Source: a candidate division WOR-3 bacterium
GTDB lineage: Bacteria; Hydrothermota; 32-111
DNA length: 64,000 nucleotides
Assembly (NCBI GenBank): GCA_039804105.1
Contig: JBDRZU010000001.1
Coordinates: forward strand, 608,001-672,000
Reading direction: 5' to 3'
Position numbers and translations under genes: made by a program. How positions within the stretch are numbered: the stretch's first letter is position 1; each line of letters starts with the position of its first letter. A model generated the notes under the pieces. That model searched no databases and was not told the origin of the DNA. It saw nothing but the letters and a program-made list of their open reading frames with translations. Shown here one piece after another: positions 20,734 to 30,457 of the stretch.

Positions 20734-22404
20734 ATGAAAAAGAAAAACAGGAAAAGAAGTTTACTCACAACCATAATGATTACTGTTATTCCCTTTTATG
20801 TCGCTTTTCTATTTATCATTCTTTTCTTTATAGAATACAGAAATATTTCACATCATAATAAGGATACTGAGGATTATTTTAAAAGTATAATGGATAACTA
20901 TTCGATTTCATCTGCTAACTACATTCAGAGAGACGATACAAACGGGATATTGAACATACTAAACAATCTTTCAAAATTGCCGGATTTTAAATTTGCTCTG
21001 GTTCTTGATTCAAACCTTCAAATATTCAGTTATTCGAAAAGTGACAATAAAAACGAAATGATCATCTCAAAAGAAATTGCAAAAAAATCTATCGAAGATA
21101 TTAAGGTCATAAAAGAGTTTAACAAAAATCTTTTACTCGATATTTATTATTCTCCTATTTACTATGAAATCAACGGACAAAGAGAGTTTCTTGGAGTTCT
21201 CTGTGTTGGTCTCTCAAGAAATGAAAATGTAAATACAATTATAAATATATTAATCCAGACATTTGCTATAATAGCATTCTCTCTAATTCTATTTTTCTTA
21301 ATTTTACTTCTTCTTTACAGAAGAATAAAAAATCCTATAAATATGATCACACAGGAGATGAAGCAGATAAATGAAGGGAAAGGTAATGTTGAAAACCGTG
21401 AAATAACAGTAGAAGCTGAGAGAGAAATAAATGAGTTGATCGAAGAATTTAATAAGGTTCTTAATTTTCTCTATAAAATAAAGAACGATGTTTCAGCTAT
21501 AACAAATCAATTAAATGAACACATTGAACTTTTATCGTCTTCTTCCGAAGAGCTAACAGCATCATCGGAAGAAATCACTTCAACGATCCAGGAAATTTCA
21601 CAGAATTCTTCAGAACAGGCGAAAAAGATTGAAGAGGTATTCCAAAAAACGGAAACAACAAAATCAAGTATAAATACATCTTTTGATAAAACAAAGATGA
21701 ATGAAGAGTTTTCATCAAAGATAAACGAGGTTACAATTACCGGAAAAGAACTTTCTAAACAGGCTGTTGAAAAAATTGAAACAATTATAAACAGTTCAAA
21801 TGAACTTTATGAAAAAATAAAGGATATAAGTGAAAAACAGGAAAAAATATCGATAATAACCGATACAATAGAATCCATAACCAACAGAACAAACATATTG
21901 TCCCTAAACGCTTCAATAGAAGCTGCAAGGGCTGGCGAATATGGAAAAGGATTTCAAGTAGTAGCAGAAGAGATAAGAAAACTTGCAGAAAAATCTCAGG
22001 AATCAGCATTGGCTATACATGGAATAATAAATGAAATAAAAAGTTCAATAGATATACTTATAAATCAAAGTAGATCAAACGAATTGGTTCTCAACGAAGG
22101 TAAAGATGTAATTTTGAACACATCAGAGGTACTTGAAAATATAAGTAACAGTATATCGTCAATCACAGAAAACAATAAAAGTATTTCAAATGAAATTAAA
22201 AATGTAAAAATGATTATAGATGAATTCAGTTTAACAATAAACGAGGTTGTAAAAATTTCTGAAACAAATGCTTCAGCAAGTGAGGAGATAGCAGCAAGTA
22301 TAGAACAACAGGGTGCTTCCATAGAAGAATTGGCTTCGAGTGCTCAACATTTATATGAAATAATCGGTAAACTTAAAGATATAGTTAATAAATTTCAAGG
22401 TTGA
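20734..22404 (+). CDS. Methyl-accepting chemotaxis protein (2 TM, periplasmic sensor, HAMP, signalling domain)
   Basis: Hairpin tip [37 protein letters not shown]; methylation-like SEE/EQ tracts; SD AGGAG before ATG 20734. Confidence 0.93.
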   Translation: MKKKNRKRSLLTTIMITVIPFYVAFLFIILFFIEYRNISHHNKDTEDYFKSIMDNYSISSANYIQRDDTNGILNILNNLSKLPDFKFALVLDSNLQIFSYSKSDNKNEMIISKEIAKKSIEDIKVIKEFNKNLLLDIYYSPIYYEINGQREFLGVLCVGLSRNENVNTIINILIQTFAIIAFSLILFFLILLLLYRRIKNPINMITQEMKQINEGKGNVENREITVEAEREINELIEEFNKVLNFLYKIKNDVSAITNQLNEHIELLSSSSEELTASSEEITSTIQEISQNSSEQAKKIEEVFQKTETTKSSINTSFDKTKMNEEFSSKINEVTITGKELSKQAVEKIETIINSSNELYEKIKDISEKQEKISIITDTIESITNRTNILSLNASIEAARAGEYGKGFQVVAEEIRKLAEKSQESALAIHGIINEIKSSIDILINQSRSNELVLNEGKDVILNTSEVLENISNSISSITENNKSISNEIKNVKMIIDEFSLTINEVVKISETNASASEEIAASIEQQGASIEELASSAQHLYEIIGKLKDIVNKFQG

Positions 22405-22405
22405 A

Positions 22406-22981
22406 TCACAACCTTTGAAGGATCATTTTCGAAACAGCTTTGAGTGTTTCAAACACACCGATTCCCTGGGTTGCAACCGCTTCAAAATATGGTACATTCC
22501 AGGGATTCAACGCCTGCTGTAAATCCTCTATCGATGAAATATTCGGTAGATCTCTTTTGTTGTACTGCATTACAAATGGGATATCTTCTATTTTTAAGTT
22601 ATGTTCAGCAAGATTTTCAAGAAGATTATCAACACTTTCAATGTTATCTTCAAACCTTTCAATCTGTGAATCTGCAACAAAAACTATTCCATCAACTCCC
22701 TTAAGGATAAGTTTTCTTGATGCGTTATAATAGATCTGACCTGGCACAGTGTAAAGTTGAAATTTTGTTTTAAAACCTTTAACTGAACCAATATCCATTG
22801 GTAAAAAATCAAAAAATAAAGTCCTATCCATTTCGGTTGCGAGAGAGATCATCTTTCCTCTTGTTTCTGGACTTATTTTATTATATATTACTTTAAGATT
22901 TGTTGTTTTTCCTCCTAAACCTGTTCCATAGTAAACTATCTTAAATGTTATCTCTCTTGATGAGTAGTTAATAACTGACAA
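22406..22981 (-). CDS. mglA: MglA small Ras-like GTPase
   Basis: [49 protein letters not shown]; likely TTG start at 22981 after SD GGAGG. Confidence 0.95.
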   Translation of the reverse strand: MSVINYSSREITFKIVYYGTGLGGKTTNLKVIYNKISPETRGKMISLATEMDRTLFFDFLPMDIGSVKGFKTKFQLYTVPGQIYYNASRKLILKGVDGIVFVADSQIERFEDNIESVDNLLENLAEHNLKIEDIPFVMQYNKRDLPNISSIEDLQQALNPWNVPYFEAVATQGIGVFETLKAVSKMILQRL

Positions 22982-22995
22982 ATTTTCCTCCAATT

Positions 22996-23493
22996 TTACT
23001 TGAACAGATCATCCAGTTCACTTTCAGCTGCCTTTTTGAAATCTTCGTTGAAAGTATCTTTCATTCTTTCTGTATTACTGTTCAATTTTGCAAATATATT
23101 GTTGAAAATCCTCTCAAGTTCAGTAACCGTTGTTTTTATTCTAATTCTGATAAGTCCAAGGTTCGTGGTTTTTCCAAAAATAACTACAAGAATTATTCTC
23201 GATAGGATTATCGTAATATAAATATTTTCCTGTTTACCTTGATGAAATAGTTCTGTAAACTCATCTTCACCTATGAGTAAAGCGAGTTGACTTGTTGCTG
23301 CAAAATCTGCTGCAGCGAGTGAACCAAATGAAACAAGATCAAGGTTTGAAATATTTCCAACGGATGTAATCAGTTGCCCTGCTTTGTCAACAAGCAATAG
23401 TGCAGTTGCGTTCGTTGATGTTAAAAGTTTGTTTAAAGAATTGTTTATATCCCAGAAATCCTGTTCAAATATGCTCAGATTTTCATAACTCAA
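22996..23493 (-). CDS. mglB: MglB roadblock/LC7 GTPase-activating protein
   Basis: [41 protein letters not shown]; acidic C-terminal helix; TTG start with SD AGGAGG. Confidence 0.92.
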   Translation of the reverse strand: MSYENLSIFEQDFWDINNSLNKLLTSTNATALLLVDKAGQLITSVGNISNLDLVSFGSLAAADFAATSQLALLIGEDEFTELFHQGKQENIYITIILSRIILVVIFGKTTNLGLIRIRIKTTVTELERIFNNIFAKLNSNTERMKDTFNEDFKKAAESELDDLFK

Positions 23494-23501
23494 AAATCCT
23501 C

Positions 23502-24425
23502 CTATCTATTTGAACATTCTTCTTTTTTCAAAAGGTTTTGATATTTTTCGTTCAAAAATCTCCTTAACTCCTCAACAAGTTCGGGATCATTTTTAAGATG
23601 TTTAAATCTTTGTTGCCTGAAAAGGAAATCCTCTAAGGGTTTTTCCTTTTTAGGTTTAACATTAACTTTGTATTTCCCATTTTCATATTCATAAACATTC
23701 CAGAAATGTGTTGATACTGCAAGTTCTGAAAGTTCAACAGATGCAGATGGCTCTGTTCCCCAACCAAGTGGACATGGTGAAAGAACATCGATAAAAGAAG
23801 GACCATCAACTTTTAAAGCTTTTTTAACTTTTTCAACAAAATCATTCCAATAAAATATTGATGCCTGTGCAACATAGGGAATGTTGTGAGCTATCATTAT
23901 TTCTGTAAGATCTTTTCTGTGTTGCATTTTTCCCTTAATGCTTTTTCCAGCAGGGCTTGTTGTGGTGCTTGCTCCAAAAGGTGTTGCCGAAGATCTTTGA
24001 ATACCAGTATTCATATAGGCCCCATTATCATAACAAACATACAAAAGTTTATGTCCTCTCTCCATTGCTCCAGATAAAGATTGTAGACCTATATCGTAGG
24101 TTCCACCATCACCACCAAAAGCTATTATGTTTATATCCTTATTTATCTTTCCCTTTTTCTTTAAAGCTCTGTAAGCACTTTCGATTCCACTTGCTGTCGC
24201 TGCTGAGTTTTCAAAAGCGTTATGCATAAAAGGAACTTTCCATGATGTATATGGGTATATCGTTGAAACGACCTCCATACATCCGGTTGCTCCAACAAAA
24301 ACTGTATTCTCACCTGCTGCAGCTGCAATTAGCCTTAAAATTATTGTTCCACCACAACCAGCACAAGCTCTATGACCGGGGGTGAAAAGATTTCCTTTAC
24401 TTGCTAACTCTTTTATGTTTGCCAT
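23502..24425 (-). CDS. porB: Pyruvate:ferredoxin oxidoreductase beta subunit
   Basis: GHRACAGCG, ATGCMEV, GGDGGTYDIG, YDNGAYMNTGIQRS, SPCP. Confidence 0.95.
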   Translation of the reverse strand: MANIKELASKGNLFTPGHRACAGCGGTIILRLIAAAAGENTVFVGATGCMEVVSTIYPYTSWKVPFMHNAFENSAATASGIESAYRALKKKGKINKDINIIAFGGDGGTYDIGLQSLSGAMERGHKLLYVCYDNGAYMNTGIQRSSATPFGASTTTSPAGKSIKGKMQHRKDLTEIMIAHNIPYVAQASIFYWNDFVEKVKKALKVDGPSFIDVLSPCPLGWGTEPSASVELSELAVSTHFWNVYEYENGKYKVNVKPKKEKPLEDFLFRQQRFKHLKNDPELVEELRRFLNEKYQNLLKKEECSNR

Positions 24426-24433
24426 TTTTACTC

Positions 24434-25609
24434 CTACTCTCTAACAGTTATATATCTAACAGGATCACCTTTGCCATTCTTTTCAGTAAAAATCTTTATA
24501 TCGAAATAAACTTTTTCAATATCATCAACATCGATATCCCTTCCACCAAGGCCATAAACATAATCCCTTAATATTGGCTTCGAGGCGGATATATACAATG
24601 CCGATTTGATATCGTTGAAAAGATGACCACCGGTTCCTGAAAACATATCACTCCTATCAAACACAGCGCAACCCTTTACATTTTTCAAAGATTCTATTAT
24701 GTCTTCTTCAAAAAATGGTCTGTAGAATCTTATTTTTAAAGATCCAACTTTTTGACCTTCTTTTCTAAGTTTATCTACTACATATCTTATCGTTCCAGCT
24801 GTTGAACCGAGAGCGATAAAACAGTACTCAGCATCATCCATCATATATTTTTCAACAACATTATAATTTCTTCTCATACTCTTGTTAAAATCGTTGAGAA
24901 TCTCTTTTATCTTTGTCTTCGATTCTCTTATAAAGTTTGCCTGTTGAACCTTTATTTCCATATAATAATCCTGTAAAGCAAGAGGCCCCACAGTTATGGG
25001 GTTATCAACATCGAGAATATTGTATGGGGTCTTTGGTTCACCAAGATATTTTTTTACCTCGTCATCATCATACATCTCAACTCTTTGCATAGCATGGGAA
25101 ATTATAAAGCCATCAGTTGTAACCATCGAAGGAAGAAAGAGATTTTCGGAAAGTTTTACCGCCAAAATCGTTTGATCATAAGCTTCCTGGGGATCTTCAG
25201 AGAAAATCTGTATCCAGCCAGCATCCCTTGAAGCCATAGTATCAGAATGATCGCAGTGTATATTTATTGGAGCAGACAATGCTCTGTTAACTTCGCATAT
25301 TACTATTGGTAATCTTAAACCACCTGCAACAAATAGGATTTCATGCATAAGTGCAAGACCTTGAGATGAAGTTCCTGTCATAACTCTTGCTCCAGCTGCT
25401 GACGCACCAACACATGCAGAAATAGCTGAATGTTCAGATTCTGTTGGAACAAAAACTGTATCAACCTCTCCGTTACTAACAAAAGAAGAAAATATTTGAA
25501 CTATTTCCGTAGCAGGCGTTATCGGATATGCGGCAACAACATCAGGATTTATCTGTCTCATCGCTTCAGCCATTGCTTCATTACCTGTTTTTGCAACTAT
25601 TTTTGACAT
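24434..25609 (-). CDS. porA: Pyruvate:ferredoxin oxidoreductase alpha subunit
   Basis: AAYPITPAT, ESEHSA, TSSQGLALMHE, NRALSAP, GLGGRD. Confidence 0.95.
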   Translation of the reverse strand: MSKIVAKTGNEAMAEAMRQINPDVVAAYPITPATEIVQIFSSFVSNGEVDTVFVPTESEHSAISACVGASAAGARVMTGTSSQGLALMHEILFVAGGLRLPIVICEVNRALSAPINIHCDHSDTMASRDAGWIQIFSEDPQEAYDQTILAVKLSENLFLPSMVTTDGFIISHAMQRVEMYDDDEVKKYLGEPKTPYNILDVDNPITVGPLALQDYYMEIKVQQANFIRESKTKIKEILNDFNKSMRRNYNVVEKYMMDDAEYCFIALGSTAGTIRYVVDKLRKEGQKVGSLKIRFYRPFFEEDIIESLKNVKGCAVFDRSDMFSGTGGHLFNDIKSALYISASKPILRDYVYGLGGRDIDVDDIEKVYFDIKIFTEKNGKGDPVRYITVRE

Positions 25610-25625
25610 TTTTTCTCCTTATAAA

Positions 25626-25901
25626 TCATTTCTCTTCTTTCACCATATCGATAGCATCAAATGGACAAACTTTACTACAGATACCACAACCCTTACAATG
25701 TTCATAATCTATACCTATCATTTTTCCATCTTTTATGATAATGGATGAATCAGGGCAAAAAAGCCAGCACTGTAAACATTGTTTACACTTGTCACTCTTA
25801 TACAAAGGTTTTTCAGATCTCCAGTCACCGGTTTTAAATTCCTCAGCAGTTCCACCTTTAACTATAAGAGCTATATCAACATCTTTCCAATTTTTTTTCA
25901 T
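25626..25901 (-). CDS. porD: Pyruvate:ferredoxin oxidoreductase delta subunit (2x[4Fe-4S])
   Basis: TGDWR, CKQCLQCWLFCP, CKGCGICSKVCP. Confidence 0.95.
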   Translation of the reverse strand: MKKNWKDVDIALIVKGGTAEEFKTGDWRSEKPLYKSDKCKQCLQCWLFCPDSSIIIKDGKMIGIDYEHCKGCGICSKVCPFDAIDMVKEEK

Positions 25902-26479
25902 TCTGAAACAACCTCCTCATAAGCCCTTTTTATAGATTTGATGTTTCCATCAATAACTTCGGGCTTATTTGCAAATTTCTTTTTCAGTTTTTCTTCGGTA
26001 TCTTTCAACATCCTTTCAAAATCAAGAATCCCTGTTACTTTAACCAGGGCTCCAAACATCGGAGTGTTAGGTTTGTTTGCACCTATCTCTTCCAAAGAAA
26101 TCTTTGAAGCATCGACTGTATAAATTTTTATATTTCTATTTATCTTATATTTTTCTCTTATCTCTGATGGTTTTTTCACAGTGTTCACTATAAGTATGCC
26201 ACCATTCTCCATTCCAGAAGTGGTATCAACAGTATCCATAAGTGACTGATCAAGAACCACAACAACATCTGGATTTTTTATTGGCGAATGTATGGTTATC
26301 TCTTTATCGGATAACCTGTTAAAAGATTGAACTGGTGCTCCCATTCTTTCAGGCCCATACTCTGGAAACGCCTGGATATATTTACCTGTAGCCAGAGCGG
26401 AATCTGCAAAAAGCAGTGCTACAGTTTTTGCTCCCTGGCCACCACGACCATGCCACCTTATCTCAAAAAAATCTTTCAT
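25898..26479 (-). CDS. porG: Pyruvate:ferredoxin oxidoreductase gamma subunit
   Basis: EIRWHGRGGQGAKT, FPEYGPERMGAP, PNTPM. Confidence 0.94.
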   Translation of the reverse strand: MKDFFEIRWHGRGGQGAKTVALLFADSALATGKYIQAFPEYGPERMGAPVQSFNRLSDKEITIHSPIKNPDVVVVLDQSLMDTVDTTSGMENGGILIVNTVKKPSEIREKYKINRNIKIYTVDASKISLEEIGANKPNTPMFGALVKVTGILDFERMLKDTEEKLKKKFANKPEVIDGNIKSIKRAYEEVVSE

Positions 26480-26507
26480 CGTTTAACCTCCGATTCATTA
26501 AAACTAT

Positions 26508-26535
26508 ATTATATTTTAACTCCTTTTAAAGTCAA
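26508..26535 (-). promoter_or_regulatory. sigma70-type promoter for the por-mgl operon
   Basis: TTGACT-N16-TATAAT, then a short leader with SD GGAGG. Confidence 0.75.
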
Positions 26536-26552
26536 GAAAATTTTCTATTCTA

Positions 26553-26581
26553 TTGATTTTATTAATTAAAACAATTAAACT
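26553..26581 (+). promoter_or_regulatory. sigma70-type promoter for rlmN (likely leaderless)
   Basis: TTGATT-N17-TAAACT; ATG 7 nt downstream; no SD. Confidence 0.6.
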
Positions 26582-26588
26582 ATAATTT

Positions 26589-27608
26589 ATGGAATCTATA
26601 TATAATCATACTTTAACAAAATTGAAAGAAGATCTTGCAAAAAAAGGATTTAAACCTTTTCGAGCAGAACAGATCTATAAATGGTTATATTGTAAAAAAA
26701 TCAACGATTTTACAAAAATGACAGATATTTCTTTAAGAGAGAGAGAGAGTTTAGAAAAAATCTATGATATTTCACTTTTTAAAAATTACACCGAGTTCAT
26801 ATCAAAAATCGACAAAACAAAAAAATATCTTTTCAATCTCTCCGAAAATGAAAGTATAGAATCTGTTCTTATGAAAGAAAACAATAGAATAACAATCTGT
26901 TTATCTTCTCAAACTGGTTGTCCATTAAAATGCAGATTTTGTGCGACTGGAAAAAAAAGTGGTAGAAACCTTTCAGTTGAAGAGATTGTAAAAGAGTTTA
27001 CAACCATCTATTATTTAAGCCCCGAAAGGATTACTAACATAGTTTTTATGGGTATGGGCGAACCTCTTTTAAACTATTCAAACATATTTGAATCTATAAA
27101 AATTTTCAACGAAAAAGAGGGTATTAAAATTGGGGCAAGAAAGATTACAATATCAACTGCCGGAATAGTTGAAGGGATTGAAAGAATTATTGAGTTCCCA
27201 TTACAGGTTAAACTTGCTGTTTCATTAAATAGTGCAATAGAAGAAAAAAGAGAATATCTTATGCCTGTAACAAAAACAAACAGTATTTTAGCACTAAAAA
27301 AAGTTTTAAAGAAATATCAGGAAGTTAAAAAAAAGAGGATAACTTTTGAATATATAATAATTCCTGGATTCAACGATGGTAGAGAGGATATTAAACAACT
27401 TTTAAAATTTCTTTCAGAATTCGACTGTAAGCTTAACCTTATACCTTACAACAAAACTGATGGGGAGTTCAGAGAACCAACAGAAAAGGAAATAAAGGAT
27501 TTCTTTGAAAAGGTATCAATTCTCAAAGATGCAGTATCGATTAGAAAAAGCAAAGGCAAAGATATTTCAGGCGCCTGTGGACAATTGAAAGGGAAATTCA
27601 CTTTTTAA
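26589..27608 (+). CDS. rlmN: 23S rRNA m2A2503 / tRNA dual-specificity radical SAM methyltransferase
   Basis: CLSSQTGCPLKCRFCATG, FMGMGEPL, EYIII, NLIPYN, ACGQL. Confidence 0.95.
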   Translation: MESIYNHTLTKLKEDLAKKGFKPFRAEQIYKWLYCKKINDFTKMTDISLRERESLEKIYDISLFKNYTEFISKIDKTKKYLFNLSENESIESVLMKENNRITICLSSQTGCPLKCRFCATGKKSGRNLSVEEIVKEFTTIYYLSPERITNIVFMGMGEPLLNYSNIFESIKIFNEKEGIKIGARKITISTAGIVEGIERIIEFPLQVKLAVSLNSAIEEKREYLMPVTKTNSILALKKVLKKYQEVKKKRITFEYIIIPGFNDGREDIKQLLKFLSEFDCKLNLIPYNKTDGEFREPTEKEIKDFFEKVSILKDAVSIRKSKGKDISGACGQLKGKFTF

Positions 27609-28110
27609 ATAAAGGATATTTTTTAAAACCTAAAACAGATGATATGATATTGTAAGGGAACTGCTCAATCTTTGTGTTAAAGTTTGTTACACACCAATTG
27701 TAAGTTTCCCTTCTATCAGCTATATGGTTTTCTATTGTTGTTATTCTTTTTTGAAGATTCAAAAAATTTTCATTTGCTTTAAGTTCAGGATATTTTTCAG
27801 CTAACGCAAAAAGATTTTTTGTCTCGTTCCTGACCACTTCGTCAAATTTTGACTTTTCACTTATCTCCATATCATCAGAATAACCACTTCTAATTTTTAT
27901 AACCTTTTTCAATGTTTCCTGTTCATAGGAAGCATAACATTTAACAACCTCAACAAGATTCGTCAATTCATCATTCCTTTGTTTCAAAAGAACATCAATA
28001 TTTGAAAGTGATTGAAATATTCTGTTCTTTAAAAATATCAGATCATTATAAAGGATCACAAAAAGTATCAAAATGAAAATTACAACTGTAAATATTATTA
28101 TAAGAACCAT
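27598..28110 (-). CDS. lemA: LemA family protein
   Basis: N-terminal TM, YNDL...SNIDVLLKQR, AEKYPELKANENFLNLQ, FPYNI. Confidence 0.93.
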   Translation of the reverse strand: MVLIIIFTVVIFILILFVILYNDLIFLKNRIFQSLSNIDVLLKQRNDELTNLVEVVKCYASYEQETLKKVIKIRSGYSDDMEISEKSKFDEVVRNETKNLFALAEKYPELKANENFLNLQKRITTIENHIADRRETYNWCVTNFNTKIEQFPYNIISSVLGFKKYPLFKK

Positions 28111-29819
28111 TAAAAACCTCCAAAAGAAAAAATTATTAGGATTATAAAAATAGTTATCATAACCAAAGACGATATAAGAAAAATGTTTGAGTATTTTAAA
28201 AATGTCTTTTCACTGAAATCCGAAATGAAAAGAATCTTATCATCTTTAGAATATACCATTTCAAGATTCTCATTTTCTCTTCTCTCCATTACTTTTTTAT
28301 CAAAATCTCTTTCCATTTCAAGTTTTGCTTTTTCCCATTCTTCATAATCTATTTTGTTATCTCGGTTCAGATCAAAATTTTTCATATAACTCAGATCCAA
28401 CTTTTTATTTTTAATAAACTCATTTTTCTCTTTCATATAATCTTTATTCACAACTGAGCCTACAACAAACACTTCACCCATAACAGGTAAAATTTCTTCC
28501 TCATATTTTACATCGCCAGATTCCTCTGTTGAAAAAAATTTATAAAATGTTTTAGTATAAACTGTTTTGTTCTTCAGATTGAATGTAGCATTTTCTGTTT
28601 TCACAGATATTCTGTTTCCATGTTCATCCTGAACAATAAATTTTTCTGGTAGATACTCTCCAATGTGTTCGAGTTGCCATTTTGTTTTTCCCTCACCATC
28701 CTTTACTTTTTTAAATTTTTTGTACTGAAAATATACACATTTTGTTCCTGAAATTGGAGATGGAATCGAGTATTCATCGGTTATAAAACCCTTTATTTCG
28801 TTTATTCCAACACTTATGGATTCAAGTTTTGAAAATGGTATCGACTCAAGAAAAACTTTAAGTTTGAAAACTTTTAAAAATGAAACAAGATAATATATAA
28901 CCCCACCAAGAAATACATAAGGAAGCAGATTCATTTTTTCTATTCTAAAAACTATAAGTATAAGAAAAAAAACTATTCCAAAAGGTATAAAAAAAATTTC
29001 AAACAGATTAAACTTTTTCACCGTAGGCATTCTTTTCTTAAAGATCAGATCATTTGGTTTATAGATGTTATATTTAAATTCATAAACAAGATTGTTATTC
29101 TCCTTTACTTTTGTTCGATCAATATATTTTTGTTCATATTCGAAAGAGTAAAGACCTTCTTCAAAAAGTAAAGACGAAATCATTGAATATGTTTTAAAAT
29201 CAAAAAAAAGATCTTCAACAAAATTTTCAGAGTAGTTCAAATCTTCAAAAAAAACTGATGAAAAATTTTTTAAGGATTCATAAAATTTAAAAAAATTTTC
29301 ACTTTTTGAATACTTTGAAAAATTTTTAAGATTTGTATAGTTTATCTTTTTCTGTTGAAACTTTAAAAGAATTTTTTTTTCAAGAGAATACAAATAGAAT
29401 TCAAAATTCGATTGTAAGAGTAATTTTTTCAAACTAACATTTTCAATTCTTGTTTTATCAATTCCAGCCAAAAAAAGTAAACTATCATCTTTTGAGATTG
29501 TTATTTTACCTTTTTCAGTAAAAAATTCATATGTTTGATTATCGTTTCTGAAAGAGGATACTTCTATTACCTCTACAGAATCAATATCATGATCTGAAAG
29601 TATAACCGATTTGATATTTATAGAATTCAGTGAATCTTTAATATTTTCCAATTCGTACCTATTTTCAGATCTTCTTAAAATAGCCCAACCTTTTCCAATA
29701 AATTTCTGTTTTAGGGTATAAACATCGATTGTGGTAGCATGGGAAATTTTCTCAAAAAATTCTCTATCAACAGATACTGTATTATCAAAGATACATTTTA
29801 TAAATAGGTTGAATTCCAT
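28110..29819 (-). CDS. Membrane protein with GIDE-like domain and an EF-hand-like loop
   Basis: Two central TMs + C-terminal TM; P.SK..S.S.G..EIKG...SPISGTKCVYF pattern; DLNRDNKIDYEE loop; coupled to lemA. Confidence 0.65.
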   Translation of the reverse strand: MEFNLFIKCIFDNTVSVDREFFEKISHATTIDVYTLKQKFIGKGWAILRRSENRYELENIKDSLNSINIKSVILSDHDIDSVEVIEVSSFRNDNQTYEFFTEKGKITISKDDSLLFLAGIDKTRIENVSLKKLLLQSNFEFYLYSLEKKILLKFQQKKINYTNLKNFSKYSKSENFFKFYESLKNFSSVFFEDLNYSENFVEDLFFDFKTYSMISSLLFEEGLYSFEYEQKYIDRTKVKENNNLVYEFKYNIYKPNDLIFKKRMPTVKKFNLFEIFFIPFGIVFFLILIVFRIEKMNLLPYVFLGGVIYYLVSFLKVFKLKVFLESIPFSKLESISVGINEIKGFITDEYSIPSPISGTKCVYFQYKKFKKVKDGEGKTKWQLEHIGEYLPEKFIVQDEHGNRISVKTENATFNLKNKTVYTKTFYKFFSTEESGDVKYEEEILPVMGEVFVVGSVVNKDYMKEKNEFIKNKKLDLSYMKNFDLNRDNKIDYEEWEKAKLEMERDFDKKVMERRENENLEMVYSKDDKILFISDFSEKTFLKYSNIFLISSLVMITIFIILIIFSFGGF

Positions 29820-29825
29820 TGTATA

Positions 29826-29853
29826 ATTATATATTCATTAAAACCAATTTCAA
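29826..29853 (-). promoter_or_regulatory. sigma70-type promoter for GIDE-lemA (likely leaderless)
   Basis: TTGAAA-N16-TATAAT; ATG 6 nt downstream. Confidence 0.72.
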
Positions 29854-29856
29854 TAC

Positions 29857-29884
29857 TTGAACATTCTTTTCAAAAATATATAAT
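29857..29884 (+). promoter_or_regulatory. sigma70-type promoter for CYTH-neuB (likely leaderless)
   Basis: TTGAAC-N16-TATAAT; ATG 6 nt downstream. Confidence 0.7.
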
Positions 29885-29890
29885 TTTAAA

Positions 29891-30457
29891 ATGTACAAAA
29901 AAGAGATTGAAAGAAGGTTCCTTGTTATCGAAAATGATTATTCAAAAAAAATATCATTCCTTAATACAAAAAGGATTATTCAGGGTTATTATAGATTTGG
30001 AGATTTAAAAAAAATAAAAGGATACGATAAAATTTTAAAAAAAAATCCTGAAATTAAAAATAAAATTATTAGAATAAGAATTGAAAATAAGAAAGATATC
30101 TTTTTTACAATAAAAAAAGGGAAAGGTATCAAAAGAGAGGAATTTGAAATACAACTGGACTTTGATGAAAAAATCTACAACTTTATAAAAAATGATAAAA
30201 AAGCCTTATCAAAAACAAGAGGAGAGTTTTTTATTAAAGGTTTCAAAGCAGTTTTAGATAGATACACAAAAAGATACAGGGGTATTGAAATCGTAGAAAT
30301 CGAGTTTAAAACTGAGTCCGAAGCAAAAAAGTTTCAACCTTCGAAAAATCTATTCGAGATAACTAATATTAATGAATTATCAAATATGAATCTTTATTTT
30401 AAGGATGAAAAAGAAATAACCAAAAAAGTTGAGGAGATATATGGTTATAAAAATTAA
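29891..30457 (+). CDS. CYTH domain protein (triphosphate tunnel metalloenzyme)
   Basis: EIERRFLV, IIQGY, IRIRI, TIKKG..REEFE, KTR, VEIEF. Confidence 0.85.
   Translation: MYKKEIERRFLVIENDYSKKISFLNTKRIIQGYYRFGDLKKIKGYDKILKKNPEIKNKIIRIRIENKKDIFFTIKKGKGIKREEFEIQLDFDEKIYNFIKNDKKALSKTRGEFFIKGFKAVLDRYTKRYRGIEIVEIEFKTESEAKKFQPSKNLFEITNINELSNMNLYFKDEKEITKKVEEIYGYKN

Noticed and set aside
11256..30441. ORF-track upstream starts for dapL (11256), hprK (18875), MCP (20698), mglA (22993), neuB (30429)
   Set aside because: Downstream starts have well-spaced SD sites and match family N-termini better
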